Positions 10,149 to 19,824 of a stretch of 64,000 bases of DNA are shown here, piece by piece. The notes under the pieces are model-generated. The model was not told the DNA's origin and did no database searches. It saw only the letters and a program-made list of their open reading frames with translations. Each line of letters starts with the position of its first letter. The stretch's first letter is position 1. The DNA comes from an uncultured Candidatus Saccharimonadales bacterium. GTDB taxonomy: Bacteria > Patescibacteriota > Saccharimonadia > UBA4664. Made by a program: the position numbers and the translations under genes. The stretch is taken from contig CAYXSN010000006.1 in assembly GCA_964467655.1 (NCBI GenBank), positions 9,601 through 73,600 on the forward strand, written 5' to 3'.

Positions 10149-10177
10149 ATTATACCGTACAAAGACCAAACGCAAGC
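10149..10177 (-). promoter_or_regulatory. Promoter of the dinB operon with putative SOS operator
   Basis: Minus strand GTTTGGTCTTTGTACGG (10155-10171) directly followed by TATAAT. Confidence 0.75.
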
Positions 10178-10185
10178 ATGATTTC

Positions 10186-10788
10186 TTAGGAGTAGAAGCC
10201 CACGCTCCTGGCATACTGAGCCACTAAGGGATGAAGACCGGCTGGCTGCCGACTACAGCTCAAGCTCTGACGGATAGCAGTCGATGATACGTTGTAGACT
10301 AAAGGTGCTTGCACCACCTCAACTCGCAAACTGGTACCTAAATCACCCAACCGCTGCCGCAAATCAGTTAAGGAATGAGTAGGAGCTCCCGGTCGCTGAA
10401 CCATAATATATGAAGTATTATTTACTACAGATTCGACATCTCTCCAGGTATCAAGACCAGACAAAGTATCCTCGCCTACAATAAATACAAACTCCTGACC
10501 ACCAAAACGCGCCAGTACCTCGGTAAAATACTCTAGAGTATGGGGCTGGTCAAAATCATTTACCTCCAACGGCGCCACCTCTAGAAACGCCTCATCCGAC
10601 AATGCTAGTTGCAGCATAGCTAAGCGCGCGCCCAGATCCGCCACCGGTACTTTATGAGCTGGACGGGCATTGGGCCAAAACCACACCGACTCCAGGCCGC
10701 ATTGCTGTCGAACCACCCGAGCCACGGCTACATGACCTTCATGCACAGGGTCGAAAGTACCTGTCAGAATGCCAATTCTAGCCATCAT
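10186..10788 (-). CDS. nadD: Nicotinate-nucleotide adenylyltransferase
   Basis: GTFDPVHEGH, IVGED, SSTAIR; start set at the ATG pair before RIGIL. Confidence 0.9.
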   Translation of the reverse strand: MMARIGILTGTFDPVHEGHVAVARVVRQQCGLESVWFWPNARPAHKVPVADLGARLAMLQLALSDEAFLEVAPLEVNDFDQPHTLEYFTEVLARFGGQEFVFIVGEDTLSGLDTWRDVESVVNNTSYIMVQRPGAPTHSLTDLRQRLGDLGTSLRVEVVQAPLVYNVSSTAIRQSLSCSRQPAGLHPLVAQYARSVGFYS

Positions 10789-10799
10789 TGGCAATGATG

Positions 10800-11387
10800 T
10801 TAGGAGCGGCTCAGCCATTCCCGATAATTTCGGATGACAATACCCGCAACGGCTTCTATGTCATTGATCGCCGTGTCGACGACAAGGTCGAAATTATGCT
10901 TGTCATAGGCATTCACTTGGTACTTTGCCTGATATCGACGGGTTTCGCTGTCCAAACGATCCTGGAGGAGCTCGGCATACTCTTGAGGATTTGTGGGAAT
11001 GTTCTCACTCTCCATGCGCGCCGAATCGATACCTTTCAGAATACGGACGGCTGCCGTCTCAAGATCAAGATCCAGAAAAACCTTAAAAGAATTGGGAATC
11101 CAATGCCAGGCCAATCTGGAATCAATGACCAAATCATCCTGAGTTTCTCCAAGTTCTACTAACCGTTGATCTACTCGCCGGTCCAGTTCAGCATCTTTTT
11201 CGGCGGTAATATTAGTCTGCAAAATATCGAGGCCCATTTCTTCTCCAATTTTACGGAGCAAATCACCTGAAGAAAAATGTTGGAAACCCAGCTCAGCCGC
11301 TACAGCTTTAGCCGTAGCCGATTTACCACTTCCAGGCCGTCCCGCAATCGTGACAATGTGCTTTTTAGCGGTCTGCGCCACCACCAC
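10800..11387 (-). CDS. cmk: Cytidylate kinase (archaeal-type, AAA_17)
   Basis: TIAGRPGSGKS, SSGDLLR, IDSRL; start taken at GTG ~11387 to avoid a long overlap with rplY. Confidence 0.8.
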   Translation of the reverse strand: MVVAQTAKKHIVTIAGRPGSGKSATAKAVAAELGFQHFSSGDLLRKIGEEMGLDILQTNITAEKDAELDRRVDQRLVELGETQDDLVIDSRLAWHWIPNSFKVFLDLDLETAAVRILKGIDSARMESENIPTNPQEYAELLQDRLDSETRRYQAKYQVNAYDKHNFDLVVDTAINDIEAVAGIVIRNYREWLSRS

Positions 11388-12042
11388 TCTCCTCTTTGAC
11401 AGCCGTCTGATCTTCGGCCACTGCCTCGGGCAATTCCTCAGATACGGCTTCTTCGAGTTCGGCCATCTCGGCTTCTGATCGCGGTGGCTCGACTTTTGCA
11501 ACTAGCTGACCTAAATCATCACTATCAACTAGGTCGACACCCTTGGGCAATTTCAAATCACCAAGCGTAATAGTGGCCTCAAAATCAGATAGCACACTAA
11601 TATCAACTTCGATCGCCTCAGGCAAATCTGCAGGTAAACACTCAACCTCAACCATTTCCAGAGGCTTAACAAGCGTACCTTCACCTTGATACACGGCGTT
11701 GGATTCACCCACGAAATGCAATGGCACTTCAGCAGTCAGCTTTTCGTTCATGCGAACTGCATAAAAATCAACGTGCCGAAGCTCGCCTCTGAGTGCTCCC
11801 GTTTGAACATCATGGATTAGCACATTGCGCAACGGCGCTGTGCCAACTTTGAGGGCAATCAACTTGCTACCGCCAGCCTGGGCGAATGCCTTCTCCATTT
11901 CTCGTCCGTCGACAGTGATCGACTCGTTCTTCATGTCGCGGCCATAAATGACAGCCGGAACCTGTCCTGAAGCTCTCACTGTCCTCACGCTCTTACCACG
12001 AACCGTTCGTTTATGGGCAACTAATTCAATATTTTCTGACAT
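11365..12042 (-). CDS. rplY: 50S ribosomal protein L25/Ctc
   Basis: VPAVIYG, HVDF, VECLPADLPEAIEVDIS. Confidence 0.95.
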   Translation of the reverse strand: MSENIELVAHKRTVRGKSVRTVRASGQVPAVIYGRDMKNESITVDGREMEKAFAQAGGSKLIALKVGTAPLRNVLIHDVQTGALRGELRHVDFYAVRMNEKLTAEVPLHFVGESNAVYQGEGTLVKPLEMVEVECLPADLPEAIEVDISVLSDFEATITLGDLKLPKGVDLVDSDDLGQLVAKVEPPRSEAEMAELEEAVSEELPEAVAEDQTAVKEESGGGADR

Positions 12043-12080
12043 TTGGCTATGCTCCTTTTCTCGAAAAATGCCTTACTCTT

Positions 12081-12401
12081 CTAAGACAGCCGCTTCGATT
12101 TGGAAATCCAACGGTGAAATTCCGCGATTTCGCCAGCCGAAATGGCGCCTTTTGCCGTAAACTGCGCTGCCTCACCTTGCCGCAAATCAGTCCTACGCGT
12201 CTCTTTTTGAGACTGCACACCAACAGTAACTGTCGCTAGTACCGGCAGTGAACAATTGTGACAGGACAATTGCATAAAGCAATAATCTTCGAGCTCGCCC
12301 AAAAACCTGATATCGTCAAACACGTAACTTGTGTCGCACGAGGGACACTTATAAAATGCTTGCAAGTTGCGGATGAGCTCCTGCAGATACCGTGGTTTCA
12401 T
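12081..12401 (-). CDS. Hypothetical protein with CxxC...CxxC (putative Zn-binding)
   Basis: CPSC and CHNC pairs; SD-like AGGGAG upstream. Confidence 0.7.
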   Translation of the reverse strand: MKPRYLQELIRNLQAFYKCPSCDTSYVFDDIRFLGELEDYCFMQLSCHNCSLPVLATVTVGVQSQKETRRTDLRQGEAAQFTAKGAISAGEIAEFHRWISKSKRLS

Positions 12402-12424
12402 GGGAAAAACTCCCTGTTACTCTC

Positions 12425-13474
12425 TTATCTTACCACATTTAAGCGTTGTCGCCGTACCAGGACCACAATTGCTAGGCTCATAAGAGCCACGAGCACGAGC
12501 AAAGCTACTAACTTTAACATTGATCCGGCCATAAGTGCCACCACGCCAAACAGGGCGACAATTGTGTACAAAACCAACACTGCCTGGCGCTGATTTAAAC
12601 CCGCATCAAGCAATAAATGATGGAAGTGTTTACGATCAGCCCGAAAGGGCGATTCGCCATGAGCCAACCGACGAATAATCGCCCACGCTGTATCAACCAA
12701 CGGCACACCCAGCACTAAGGCTGCAGTTGCCAATTTGGCACCCGAGTAAATAGCCAGCATAGCGAGTACCAACCCCAGGAAATAAGCCCCGCTATCACCC
12801 ATGAATATACGAGCGGGATAAAAGTTGTGAGGCAAGAAGCCAAAGGCAGCGCCAGCCACTACTATAGCTATCAATGCCACTACTGGCTGGTCGACGGCCG
12901 GGCGCACCGCCAATACAAACATCACCACGGCGGCAATTCCCGAAACACCACTAGCCAGTCCATCGAGTCCATCAAGAAAGTTGATAGTATTAGCCATGCC
13001 TACCATCCATAAAATACTCAGGAAATTTGCTACGGGCATGATGTGAAACTGCCAGGGACCCAGATCAACCAAGGTCCGGCCCCAGGTCAGGTCAACCACT
13101 CCACCAAAAGGGTTAGTTACTGAGGTAATGCCGATACCTCCAGCCAAAGCAACCGCAGCCGCCACGATCTGCCACCCTAATTTGGTGGTAGCCGAAAGTC
13201 CCCGGGTATCATCTATCACCCCGATCGCCACGAGTATGGCGCATCCCAACAGTAATGCGCCATACTCACGACTAGGCGGCACAAACAACAATGAAGACGC
13301 TAAAAATGCCCCAAAGATGGCAACACCACCCAAATACGCCACTGGCTGCCGATGAATCTTCCGGCCACCAACCGGCATGTCCACAATAGCGTGCTCAAGC
13401 GCATACCGACGCACCACTGGCGTGAAGGCTGCCGCCAAGGCAAAGGCCAAACCAAACCCCAGAATATATATCAT
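12425..13474 (-). CDS. Undecaprenyl-phosphate GlcNAc-1-phosphate transferase (WecA/TagO, MraY-like family)
   Basis: IDD, NFLDGLDGL, FMGDSG, HFHH motifs; polytopic membrane protein. Confidence 0.9.
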   Translation of the reverse strand: MIYILGFGLAFALAAAFTPVVRRYALEHAIVDMPVGGRKIHRQPVAYLGGVAIFGAFLASSLLFVPPSREYGALLLGCAILVAIGVIDDTRGLSATTKLGWQIVAAAVALAGGIGITSVTNPFGGVVDLTWGRTLVDLGPWQFHIMPVANFLSILWMVGMANTINFLDGLDGLASGVSGIAAVVMFVLAVRPAVDQPVVALIAIVVAGAAFGFLPHNFYPARIFMGDSGAYFLGLVLAMLAIYSGAKLATAALVLGVPLVDTAWAIIRRLAHGESPFRADRKHFHHLLLDAGLNQRQAVLVLYTIVALFGVVALMAGSMLKLVALLVLVALMSLAIVVLVRRQRLNVVR

Positions 13475-15153
13475 TTTTTGACAGCCTTGTCGGTTACATA
13501 AAACTCCAGGTATTTACCAAACATCAGTCTGGTCTGGGCATTGATGGCCGCAAAGCTAGAAAACACAATTGCGGTAGCCGGCATCAGGCACCATTGCCAC
13601 AACATCGCCAAAGACCGCCACATGCCGTAACGCTGAGGACGTTTGGGTAATAAAATTATACTGATGACAATGGTCAAAGCCAGGGATACTGAAGCCACCA
13701 TCAGAATCCTCGATGTGATGACGGGCAAGTTGTGAGCAAGTGACGTGTAGCTGAACTGTTGATTCAAATACAACGGTAGCCAGGCAGTAAACATCAAAAG
13801 TAATGATGAAGTCGACCATGAATAGTGACCTTCGATGAGCCGTGCGAGTTGCACTAATTTGTTCGACCAAGGAATCTCCCGATGGATAATTGACTCACGA
13901 ACGGCAAAGGCGAAATCACTAGCCCCCCAGGCCCAACGCCGGAGTTGAAGGAATTGAACCCTCATGGTTTTGATATAGGTTTCAGCCATCACGGCATCTT
14001 GATAGACGGGCGTAAACAAGGGCACCACATAATGTTGTCCGCTGTAGCGGAAATAGGTCCGCCAATACTGGTGACCATCTTCGACAATGGTGGTAACACT
14101 CCAAAAATCGGTATCAATCAAGGCCGCCAGACATTGAGCATGGGCTGCAAAATTGCGCAAACGGTTAGGGCGCATCATTTCAATGAAAATCCAAAATGAA
14201 TTACCAGTTGCCAACACCCGCATAGCTGCCGGTACGTCCCAAATGTTATTGTAAAACATCGGTATTGGCTGGTAGCTCTTATGTTGACGCTCGGGATCAA
14301 TAGCATATTCATAGGTCAGATAATTGAAATACTGCCGACTAGCCCGATGATCTGAGTCAAAAGTTGTCACGATCACTCGTTCTGGAGCAATTCCTTGAGC
14401 CTTGATGGCTTTGGCCAAGTGTCGGCCGGCATACGTAATATTGCCACCTTTGCCAATCACCTCCCCTGGCAAGTTGTCAGGGTGCTTAACGGCTAAAGCC
14501 ATACCAAACCTATGACCATATTTCTCCATCAAAATTTCAGCATTGCGAGCAGTTTGAGGACCACCACGCTCCTCGTAGGCCAAGACAAAAATAATACGCT
14601 CCAAAGGATAATCAGCCTCGGTCAGGGCCTTAACTGATGGCTCCAAAATATCAAGAGACTCATTATAGGTTGCCATGATGACCACATGGTAAATAGTTGA
14701 GGGGTCAAAAATGTCATGCCCCCTAGCTGCCAATACCGTGAGCCTAGCTTCCTCGGCTACTAACACCTGATAATCATGCCAGGCTTTGGTTTGCAATAAT
14801 CGGTGCCATCGCCAACTCCAAGCTGACATCCGCCGATAAGCCGTCTGTCGGCGCATTTGAGCGAAACTACGAGCTGCTTCGACATCAGCTAATTGAACGA
14901 GCCTGTCTTGCCAGTTAATCTGACTCGCCCGACGCATCTGCTGATAGGCTCTTACCAGGTAATAACTCATACGGTAGGATTTAGCCATCCAATACAAATC
15001 AAATCCAATAATGAAGTAGGCTACAGCTACCGGCCACCGCAAACTCAAAAGGATGGGCGCGATCAGAGTAAACCAAGTTGCCAGACCCGGGATAGTCTCA
15101 AGCAATCTAGTAAACCAGCGAGCATCTACCCATTTGAGCGTACTCGATTGCAT
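13471..15153 (-). CDS. Membrane glycosyltransferase family 2
   Basis: YNES, GKGGN, FDSD, VED, QLRRWAWG. Confidence 0.85.
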   Translation of the reverse strand: MQSSTLKWVDARWFTRLLETIPGLATWFTLIAPILLSLRWPVAVAYFIIGFDLYWMAKSYRMSYYLVRAYQQMRRASQINWQDRLVQLADVEAARSFAQMRRQTAYRRMSAWSWRWHRLLQTKAWHDYQVLVAEEARLTVLAARGHDIFDPSTIYHVVIMATYNESLDILEPSVKALTEADYPLERIIFVLAYEERGGPQTARNAEILMEKYGHRFGMALAVKHPDNLPGEVIGKGGNITYAGRHLAKAIKAQGIAPERVIVTTFDSDHRASRQYFNYLTYEYAIDPERQHKSYQPIPMFYNNIWDVPAAMRVLATGNSFWIFIEMMRPNRLRNFAAHAQCLAALIDTDFWSVTTIVEDGHQYWRTYFRYSGQHYVVPLFTPVYQDAVMAETYIKTMRVQFLQLRRWAWGASDFAFAVRESIIHREIPWSNKLVQLARLIEGHYSWSTSSLLLMFTAWLPLYLNQQFSYTSLAHNLPVITSRILMVASVSLALTIVISIILLPKRPQRYGMWRSLAMLWQWCLMPATAIVFSSFAAINAQTRLMFGKYLEFYVTDKAVKK

Positions 15154-15557
15154 TACCTGACGCTCCCAAAAGCGGCGGCAATCACCCCGCCGAATGCGGA
15201 CACTACCACTGATGTCGCCAACAAGAAGAAACTCACCATCCGATTCCGATGAAAACTACGGTAGGCAAAGAACGTGTTGGCTAAAGCCACTGCCAGACAC
15301 TGGGCCAACAGCACATAAGGAAAGTACCAGGGACCCAAGGTATCAAAGCCGGTCAGATTCGAATATCGTACTGGCACCGGCACGTCAGCCGGCCTCACAT
15401 GCAATACGAGCCAAGCTAAGCTGGCCAAGAAGATCAGAGCTGTCAGCCCAAGCAAGGCCACTGAAAACAAATCGTGAAAAAAACGGGACTGGGCTACCCG
15501 CTCAAAAAATGCCCCCACTCCCCGCCGTGCGGTGGTGATTGGCGATGCAGAACTCAT
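15153..15557 (-). CDS. Hypothetical membrane protein
   Basis: Three TM helices and a VPVRY motif; TATAAT 7 nt before ATG 15557. Confidence 0.7.
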   Translation of the reverse strand: MSSASPITTARRGVGAFFERVAQSRFFHDLFSVALLGLTALIFLASLAWLVLHVRPADVPVPVRYSNLTGFDTLGPWYFPYVLLAQCLAVALANTFFAYRSFHRNRMVSFFLLATSVVVSAFGGVIAAAFGSVR

Positions 15558-15592
15558 AGTTATCATTATAGCATTGGCGCCTGACACACCAT

Positions 15593-15666
15593 TGGAGCGG
15601 GTAACGGGAATCGAACCCGTCTCTCAACCTTGGGAAGGTCGCATTCTACCAATAAACTATACCCGC
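15593..15666 (-). tRNA. tRNA-Gly(CCC)
   Basis: GCGGGTA...GACC-TTCCCAA-GGTT...CCCGCTCCA. Confidence 0.95.
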
Positions 15667-15668
15667 AC

Positions 15669-15744
15669 TGGAGCCGATGAAGGGATTCGAACCCATGACC
15701 TTTGCTTTACGAAAGCACTGCTCTACCAACTGAGCTACATCGGC
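15669..15744 (-). tRNA. tRNA-Thr(CGT)
   Basis: GCCGATG...TGCT-TTCGTAA-AGCA...CGGCTCCA. Confidence 0.95.
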
Positions 15745-15781
15745 ACGTCTAACCAGGCTAGCTTAGCAAAAAACAGCTAGC

Positions 15782-15811
15782 AAAAAAAGCACCCCTTATT
15801 GAAGGGGTGCT
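15782..15811 (-). terminator. Intrinsic terminator
   Basis: AGCACCCCTT/AAGGGGTGCT stem followed by a T-run on the minus strand. Confidence 0.8.
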
Positions 15812-15836
15812 CCATACACTTAGCAGAATGATAAAG

Positions 15837-16007
15837 CTAATTGAGACCTTTGTGCTTCGGATAGCGCGTGGCGTAACGATCGGCCAGAAATTCATACTTT
15901 TGCTCAAGGGCCCGCTTGGCTTCCTCTGGACTCATGTAAAACACATCATATAAGTCCTGTTGAGCGGCTGCCGAAGACCGAATTTTGCGGATTCTTGATT
16001 GGCTCAC
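15837..16007 (-). CDS. Small hypothetical protein
   Basis: GAGGG SD before GTG 16007; followed by a terminator. Confidence 0.55.
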   Translation of the reverse strand: MSQSRIRKIRSSAAAQQDLYDVFYMSPEEAKRALEQKYEFLADRYATRYPKHKGLN

Positions 16008-16085
16008 TGTTGTTTCCCTCTTGTTTACTAACAACCCGTATTATGGGCAATGAGGATCAATCGAGCATTAGCATAAATTACAAAC

Positions 16086-16556
16086 TTAATATGTCAGGTA
16101 ACTGCGGAATATGTAACCCATCACACCGTTGTACCGCACTTGCTGCCATGAAGCATCCTGGTAATCAAGTAACTCTACAGTTGTACCGCCGTTGAGGTCC
16201 AGAAGTATAGCTGAGGCAGTCGATGCCCCCGCCCTCAGGTGCACGAACGCACTGGTACGCGCCGTCCGGAAAACCCGTGGTGCGACCGTAGGGCTTGGCG
16301 TAGCTGTGAGAGTGATTGCTACGGTGGGAACAGGAGTAACTGAAGCTGTTGCAGTTGGACTTGGACTAGGTGTGACTGTTGGTAAGTCGACTGGCCAGTT
16401 GAACCTCCAGGAACCAAAAGTTACCGGCCCCGACTGCACACGCCAGTGTTCAAGCAAATTTGAACCGGCTCCTATAGCATAGGTGGTCTCAGCTAAGATT
16501 GCAGCCGCCAAGGCTAAACCGACTCCCCCACTTGCCATTGCTACCCACCGGTTCAT
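16086..16556 (-). CDS. Secreted SH3b-domain protein with Thr/Pro linker
   Basis: VHLRAGAST...WQQVRYNGVMGYI. Confidence 0.8.
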   Translation of the reverse strand: MNRWVAMASGGVGLALAAAILAETTYAIGAGSNLLEHWRVQSGPVTFGSWRFNWPVDLPTVTPSPSPTATASVTPVPTVAITLTATPSPTVAPRVFRTARTSAFVHLRAGASTASAILLDLNGGTTVELLDYQDASWQQVRYNGVMGYIFRSYLTY

Positions 16557-16597
16557 TTGTTGCTCACCTCAATCATGACGGTTTATAACCCGACCAG

Positions 16598-17059
16598 TTA
16601 CCCTTGGTAATACGTTAACCACAGCCAAACGACAGCTGTAGCGACGGCCGCAATTACCGCTAAGCCAATAACAAACTGTAGCACCACTTTCCACATTCTG
16701 GGGTCTTGAGACTCCCGGGACGGCTCGCGGCGCATCGATAACGGCTCATCCTGATAGTCTTCATACTGATACGCATCGTCGCGTCGCCTGGAAGCCACCT
16801 GACGAGCCACGACGGGTCGGCTGGCCTGGCGGGGAGCTGGTACTGGCATTGGTGCCGGCCGCCGCACAGGCGCCGCAGCCACAGGCTGCCTCGCCGGGGC
16901 AGCCGGACGGGCCGCAGACATAGACCTAGCGGGTACTGGTCGCGCGGACTGCCGAGTTGGCGCTGGCTGCCGCGAACGGCCAAATCCGTCCATCGAGCGC
17001 GGTGCCATATCCATTCTCCGGGTGGGGCGTGGTTGATCCATTAACTTTAAATATACCAC
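16598..17059 (-). CDS. Pro/Arg-rich protein with C-terminal TM anchor
   Basis: Low-complexity N-terminus, hydrophobic C-terminus. Confidence 0.65.
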   Translation of the reverse strand: MVYLKLMDQPRPTRRMDMAPRSMDGFGRSRQPAPTRQSARPVPARSMSAARPAAPARQPVAAAPVRRPAPMPVPAPRQASRPVVARQVASRRRDDAYQYEDYQDEPLSMRREPSRESQDPRMWKVVLQFVIGLAVIAAVATAVVWLWLTYYQG

Positions 17060-17105
17060 AACCTTTTCCTTTTCCTCTCCAATCCCATGCTATATTGAAG
17101 CCAGC

Positions 17106-17705
17106 ATGAGTAGTTTCCGCACCAGCCGGACGTTTGACGTCTTGTTTATTGGCTGTTTACTGGGCGTTCTGGTAGTAGCCTATCTGTACAGAGTGGCGCT
17201 CGGCGACTGGCTGTTCTTTGCGTCGCACCAGCCGGCCGAGCGGGTGGTCAACCTCGCCAAGTCCGCCAAATTAACTGACACTGGCACCAGGCTACTCTAC
17301 CGGGGTGACCCCCAATTTGTCGGCATCGCTACCATCGAAAGCGTTTGTGACACCCAGGAGCTAGGCTGCCTCACTCCAAAAGGCCAGATTTATATCCTCG
17401 ATGATCCAACCAACCAAGGCCAATCAGTCATTACAGCTCTCCATGAAATGTTGCATCTGGCTTACCGGCGGTTACCCGAGTCAGCCAAAGCCGGCCTGTC
17501 GTACGAGCTCACTCAAGTTCAACAGGACCCAAGCCTTGAAGTTGAGCTAAAAGCCTACACCAACAGCGAGGAACGACGCGACGAAGCGTTTGCTATTGCT
17601 GGAACCGAAATAAGATCGTTGCCCAAAGGCCTTGAAGAGCAGTACCAACGCTATTTCCAGGACCGCGAACAGATCGTCTCAACCTTTGAAAACAGCCTCA
17701 AATAA
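17106..17705 (+). CDS. Membrane-anchored HEXXH putative metallopeptidase
   Basis: N-terminal TM helix, HEMLH motif, downstream E. Confidence 0.7.
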   Translation: MSSFRTSRTFDVLFIGCLLGVLVVAYLYRVALGDWLFFASHQPAERVVNLAKSAKLTDTGTRLLYRGDPQFVGIATIESVCDTQELGCLTPKGQIYILDDPTNQGQSVITALHEMLHLAYRRLPESAKAGLSYELTQVQQDPSLEVELKAYTNSEERRDEAFAIAGTEIRSLPKGLEEQYQRYFQDREQIVSTFENSLK

Positions 17706-17706
17706 C

Positions 17707-17788
17707 AAGTTGCGCAAAAAAATGCACAACTTCACATGCCTTTCCCACAGGTTGTGTGTAACAGTTGTGCAAATTTTGCACAACTGTT
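17707..17788. promoter_or_regulatory. Two related palindromes (putative TrmB-family operators)
   Basis: AAGTTGCGCA-N6-TGCACAACTT (17707-17732) and AACAGTTGTGCAAA-T-TTTGCACAACTGTT (17760-17788). Confidence 0.65.
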
Positions 17789-17791
17789 AGC

Positions 17792-18538
17792 ATGCTGGTT
17801 ATGGATCCCCAAGCGATCATCCGCGAGTACTTCGAACACATCGGCCTAAGTCAGGAATCAAGCCTGATCTATCTGACATTGGTAGCCAATGGACCACTGA
17901 CCTTATCCGAGCTGTCACGACAATCAGGTATTGAACGGACGCGCGTCTACCGCCTGCTTGATGATGCTACCTTAAAGCAGCTAGTTACTTCAGATCAAAA
18001 TGCCAAAAAAAGCCTGTTTCGGGCAGCCCCACTGAGTAACTTGCATCATGTCCTCGACTCTCGTATACAAACAATCAAGCAGCTCAAAGACAACCTGGTA
18101 CTCATCGAGAATTCCTTGGGCGATCGCAAGATTTTTACGCCGACTGACGAAATTACCACCTACTCTCAGGTCGATGGATTACGCCAAAGCTGGTGGCAGC
18201 TGCTCGACAGCCAATCATTAATCCTGGGATATCAAGATCCAAAAGTCTACGCCACCTTAGGCAAAACCTTTTGGGACGACTGGTCACGACAGTTTCAAAA
18301 CCGACGCTTGCAAGCCAAGATCTTCGTCAGTAACATGGACCCAATCTTACAGGCTCCCCGAATCCGTGGTTTAAAGTACCACACACTCACTTCAACAGCT
18401 TTGATACTCGACCACAGTGCTGTGGCCTTTGACGATAATGTCACCGTTGTATCATGGTACCGAGACCAGGTTTTTACTGTGGCACACCGCAATAACGCCT
18501 ACGTCCAAAGCCTCAAAACCCTTATGTCAAACCTATGA
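17792..18538 (+). CDS. TrmB-family transcriptional regulator
   Basis: GLSQESSLIYLTL..GPLTLSELSRQSGIERTRVYRLL wHTH; start moved past the operator palindrome. Confidence 0.8.
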   Translation: MLVMDPQAIIREYFEHIGLSQESSLIYLTLVANGPLTLSELSRQSGIERTRVYRLLDDATLKQLVTSDQNAKKSLFRAAPLSNLHHVLDSRIQTIKQLKDNLVLIENSLGDRKIFTPTDEITTYSQVDGLRQSWWQLLDSQSLILGYQDPKVYATLGKTFWDDWSRQFQNRRLQAKIFVSNMDPILQAPRIRGLKYHTLTSTALILDHSAVAFDDNVTVVSWYRDQVFTVAHRNNAYVQSLKTLMSNL

Positions 18539-19161
18539 ACAGCCCTTGCCCTTTCTTACCTCCAGCCGATCCCCGACTGTGGCAAGTAGCTGCAGCAGTG
18601 AAGCCCGATGCAATTGCTTCGGACGACATTCAAAACCTGATTAACCGTATGCTTGACATTGCCCAAGCCAAGCAATCAGACAATCAGAAACGAGTGTTGG
18701 TCGGACTGGCTGCTTCCCAGATCGGCATCGGTCAAAGAGTAGTACTAACTGACACCGCCGCCGATGGTCATGGCGGCACCGGCCGACTTGAAGTTTTGAT
18801 CAACCCCGAAATCATCTGGCAAAGCAGCCACCTAGGCGACTGGTACGAGGGCTGCTATTCAACTGGTCCGATATGCGGAATCGTCAGTCGACCTGACGCC
18901 ATCAAAGTAATGTCCCTTGACCGCCAAGGCAGACCGCAAACCCACGAATTCAAGGGTTACACCGCCCGAGTACTGCAGCATGAAATTGACCATCTTAACG
19001 GCCAAGTCTTTATCGCCCGCATCACCAATCCTGACCACCTTCATTGGGTCAACGATGATGAGTTTGCGGCTTATCGCGATCAGGAGCAATGGCGCCACTG
19101 GCCCCGCAAAGCCACTTTCGCCCAGTGGGAAGCCATGAAGCAACAAGGAACTTCTCTGTGA
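18535..19161 (+). CDS. def: Peptide deformylase
   Basis: VGLAASQIG, EGCYS, QHEIDHLNG. Confidence 0.92.
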   Translation: MNSPCPFLPPADPRLWQVAAAVKPDAIASDDIQNLINRMLDIAQAKQSDNQKRVLVGLAASQIGIGQRVVLTDTAADGHGGTGRLEVLINPEIIWQSSHLGDWYEGCYSTGPICGIVSRPDAIKVMSLDRQGRPQTHEFKGYTARVLQHEIDHLNGQVFIARITNPDHLHWVNDDEFAAYRDQEQWRHWPRKATFAQWEAMKQQGTSL

Positions 19162-19781
19162 CAATCAGTGTCTTAGGTGCCACCGGCCATATTGGACGCC
19201 GTTTGGTTACCACGCTGCTCGACGAAGGCTACCAAGTAACCGCCTTTTGCCATGGCATGAGTCCGTTTCCTCATCACAACGGATTGCGAGCAGTCCAAGG
19301 TGATGTCCATCACGCAGACGACCTCCGCCGGGCCGTCTCGGGATCGAACACTGTCATCAGCGCTCTGGGTAGCTGGCACACGCCCACTCAAGACATTCTC
19401 TCAAGCACCACCAAACATCTCATCAAAGTCATGCCGGAATTAGGCATCAATCGACTAGTCACCCTCACCGGCGCCGATGCCCGCAGTCCGAAAGACCACC
19501 CCACTGTTTTCCAGCAACTCTTGCGCCCTGTCTTTTTGACCATAGCACCCAAAATCTTAGCTGACGCCGAAAACCATCTGGAAATGCTCCAACAGAGCTC
19601 GCTCGACTGGACCAGCCTGCGCTCACCGGTCATGCGGAGCTTCGGGCCTCATGGCCGCTACAAAGTCACCACCACCCCTCCCCTGCCCTGGGCCACCATC
19701 CACCGCCACGACGTAGTAACAGCGCTCATCCAACTGGCCGTTTCCGACGACTTCACCGGCCAGGCTGTGTTTATTAAGTAA
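19158..19781 (+). CDS. NAD(P)H-binding oxidoreductase (NmrA/BVR-B-like)
   Basis: VLGATGHIG Rossmann motif, LDWTSLR; GTGA overlap with the def stop. Confidence 0.85.
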   Translation: MTISVLGATGHIGRRLVTTLLDEGYQVTAFCHGMSPFPHHNGLRAVQGDVHHADDLRRAVSGSNTVISALGSWHTPTQDILSSTTKHLIKVMPELGINRLVTLTGADARSPKDHPTVFQQLLRPVFLTIAPKILADAENHLEMLQQSSLDWTSLRSPVMRSFGPHGRYKVTTTPPLPWATIHRHDVVTALIQLAVSDDFTGQAVFIK

Positions 19782-19824
19782 CACAACTTTGCTAACCATA
19801 GCAAAAGAATCTCAAGCTTACTTC

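Noticed and set aside
11388-11501. Long N-terminal extension of cmk in the ORF track (similar cases for nadD, yajQ, TPR genes)
   Set aside because: Artefacts of longest-ORF calling that overlap neighbouring genes or promoters
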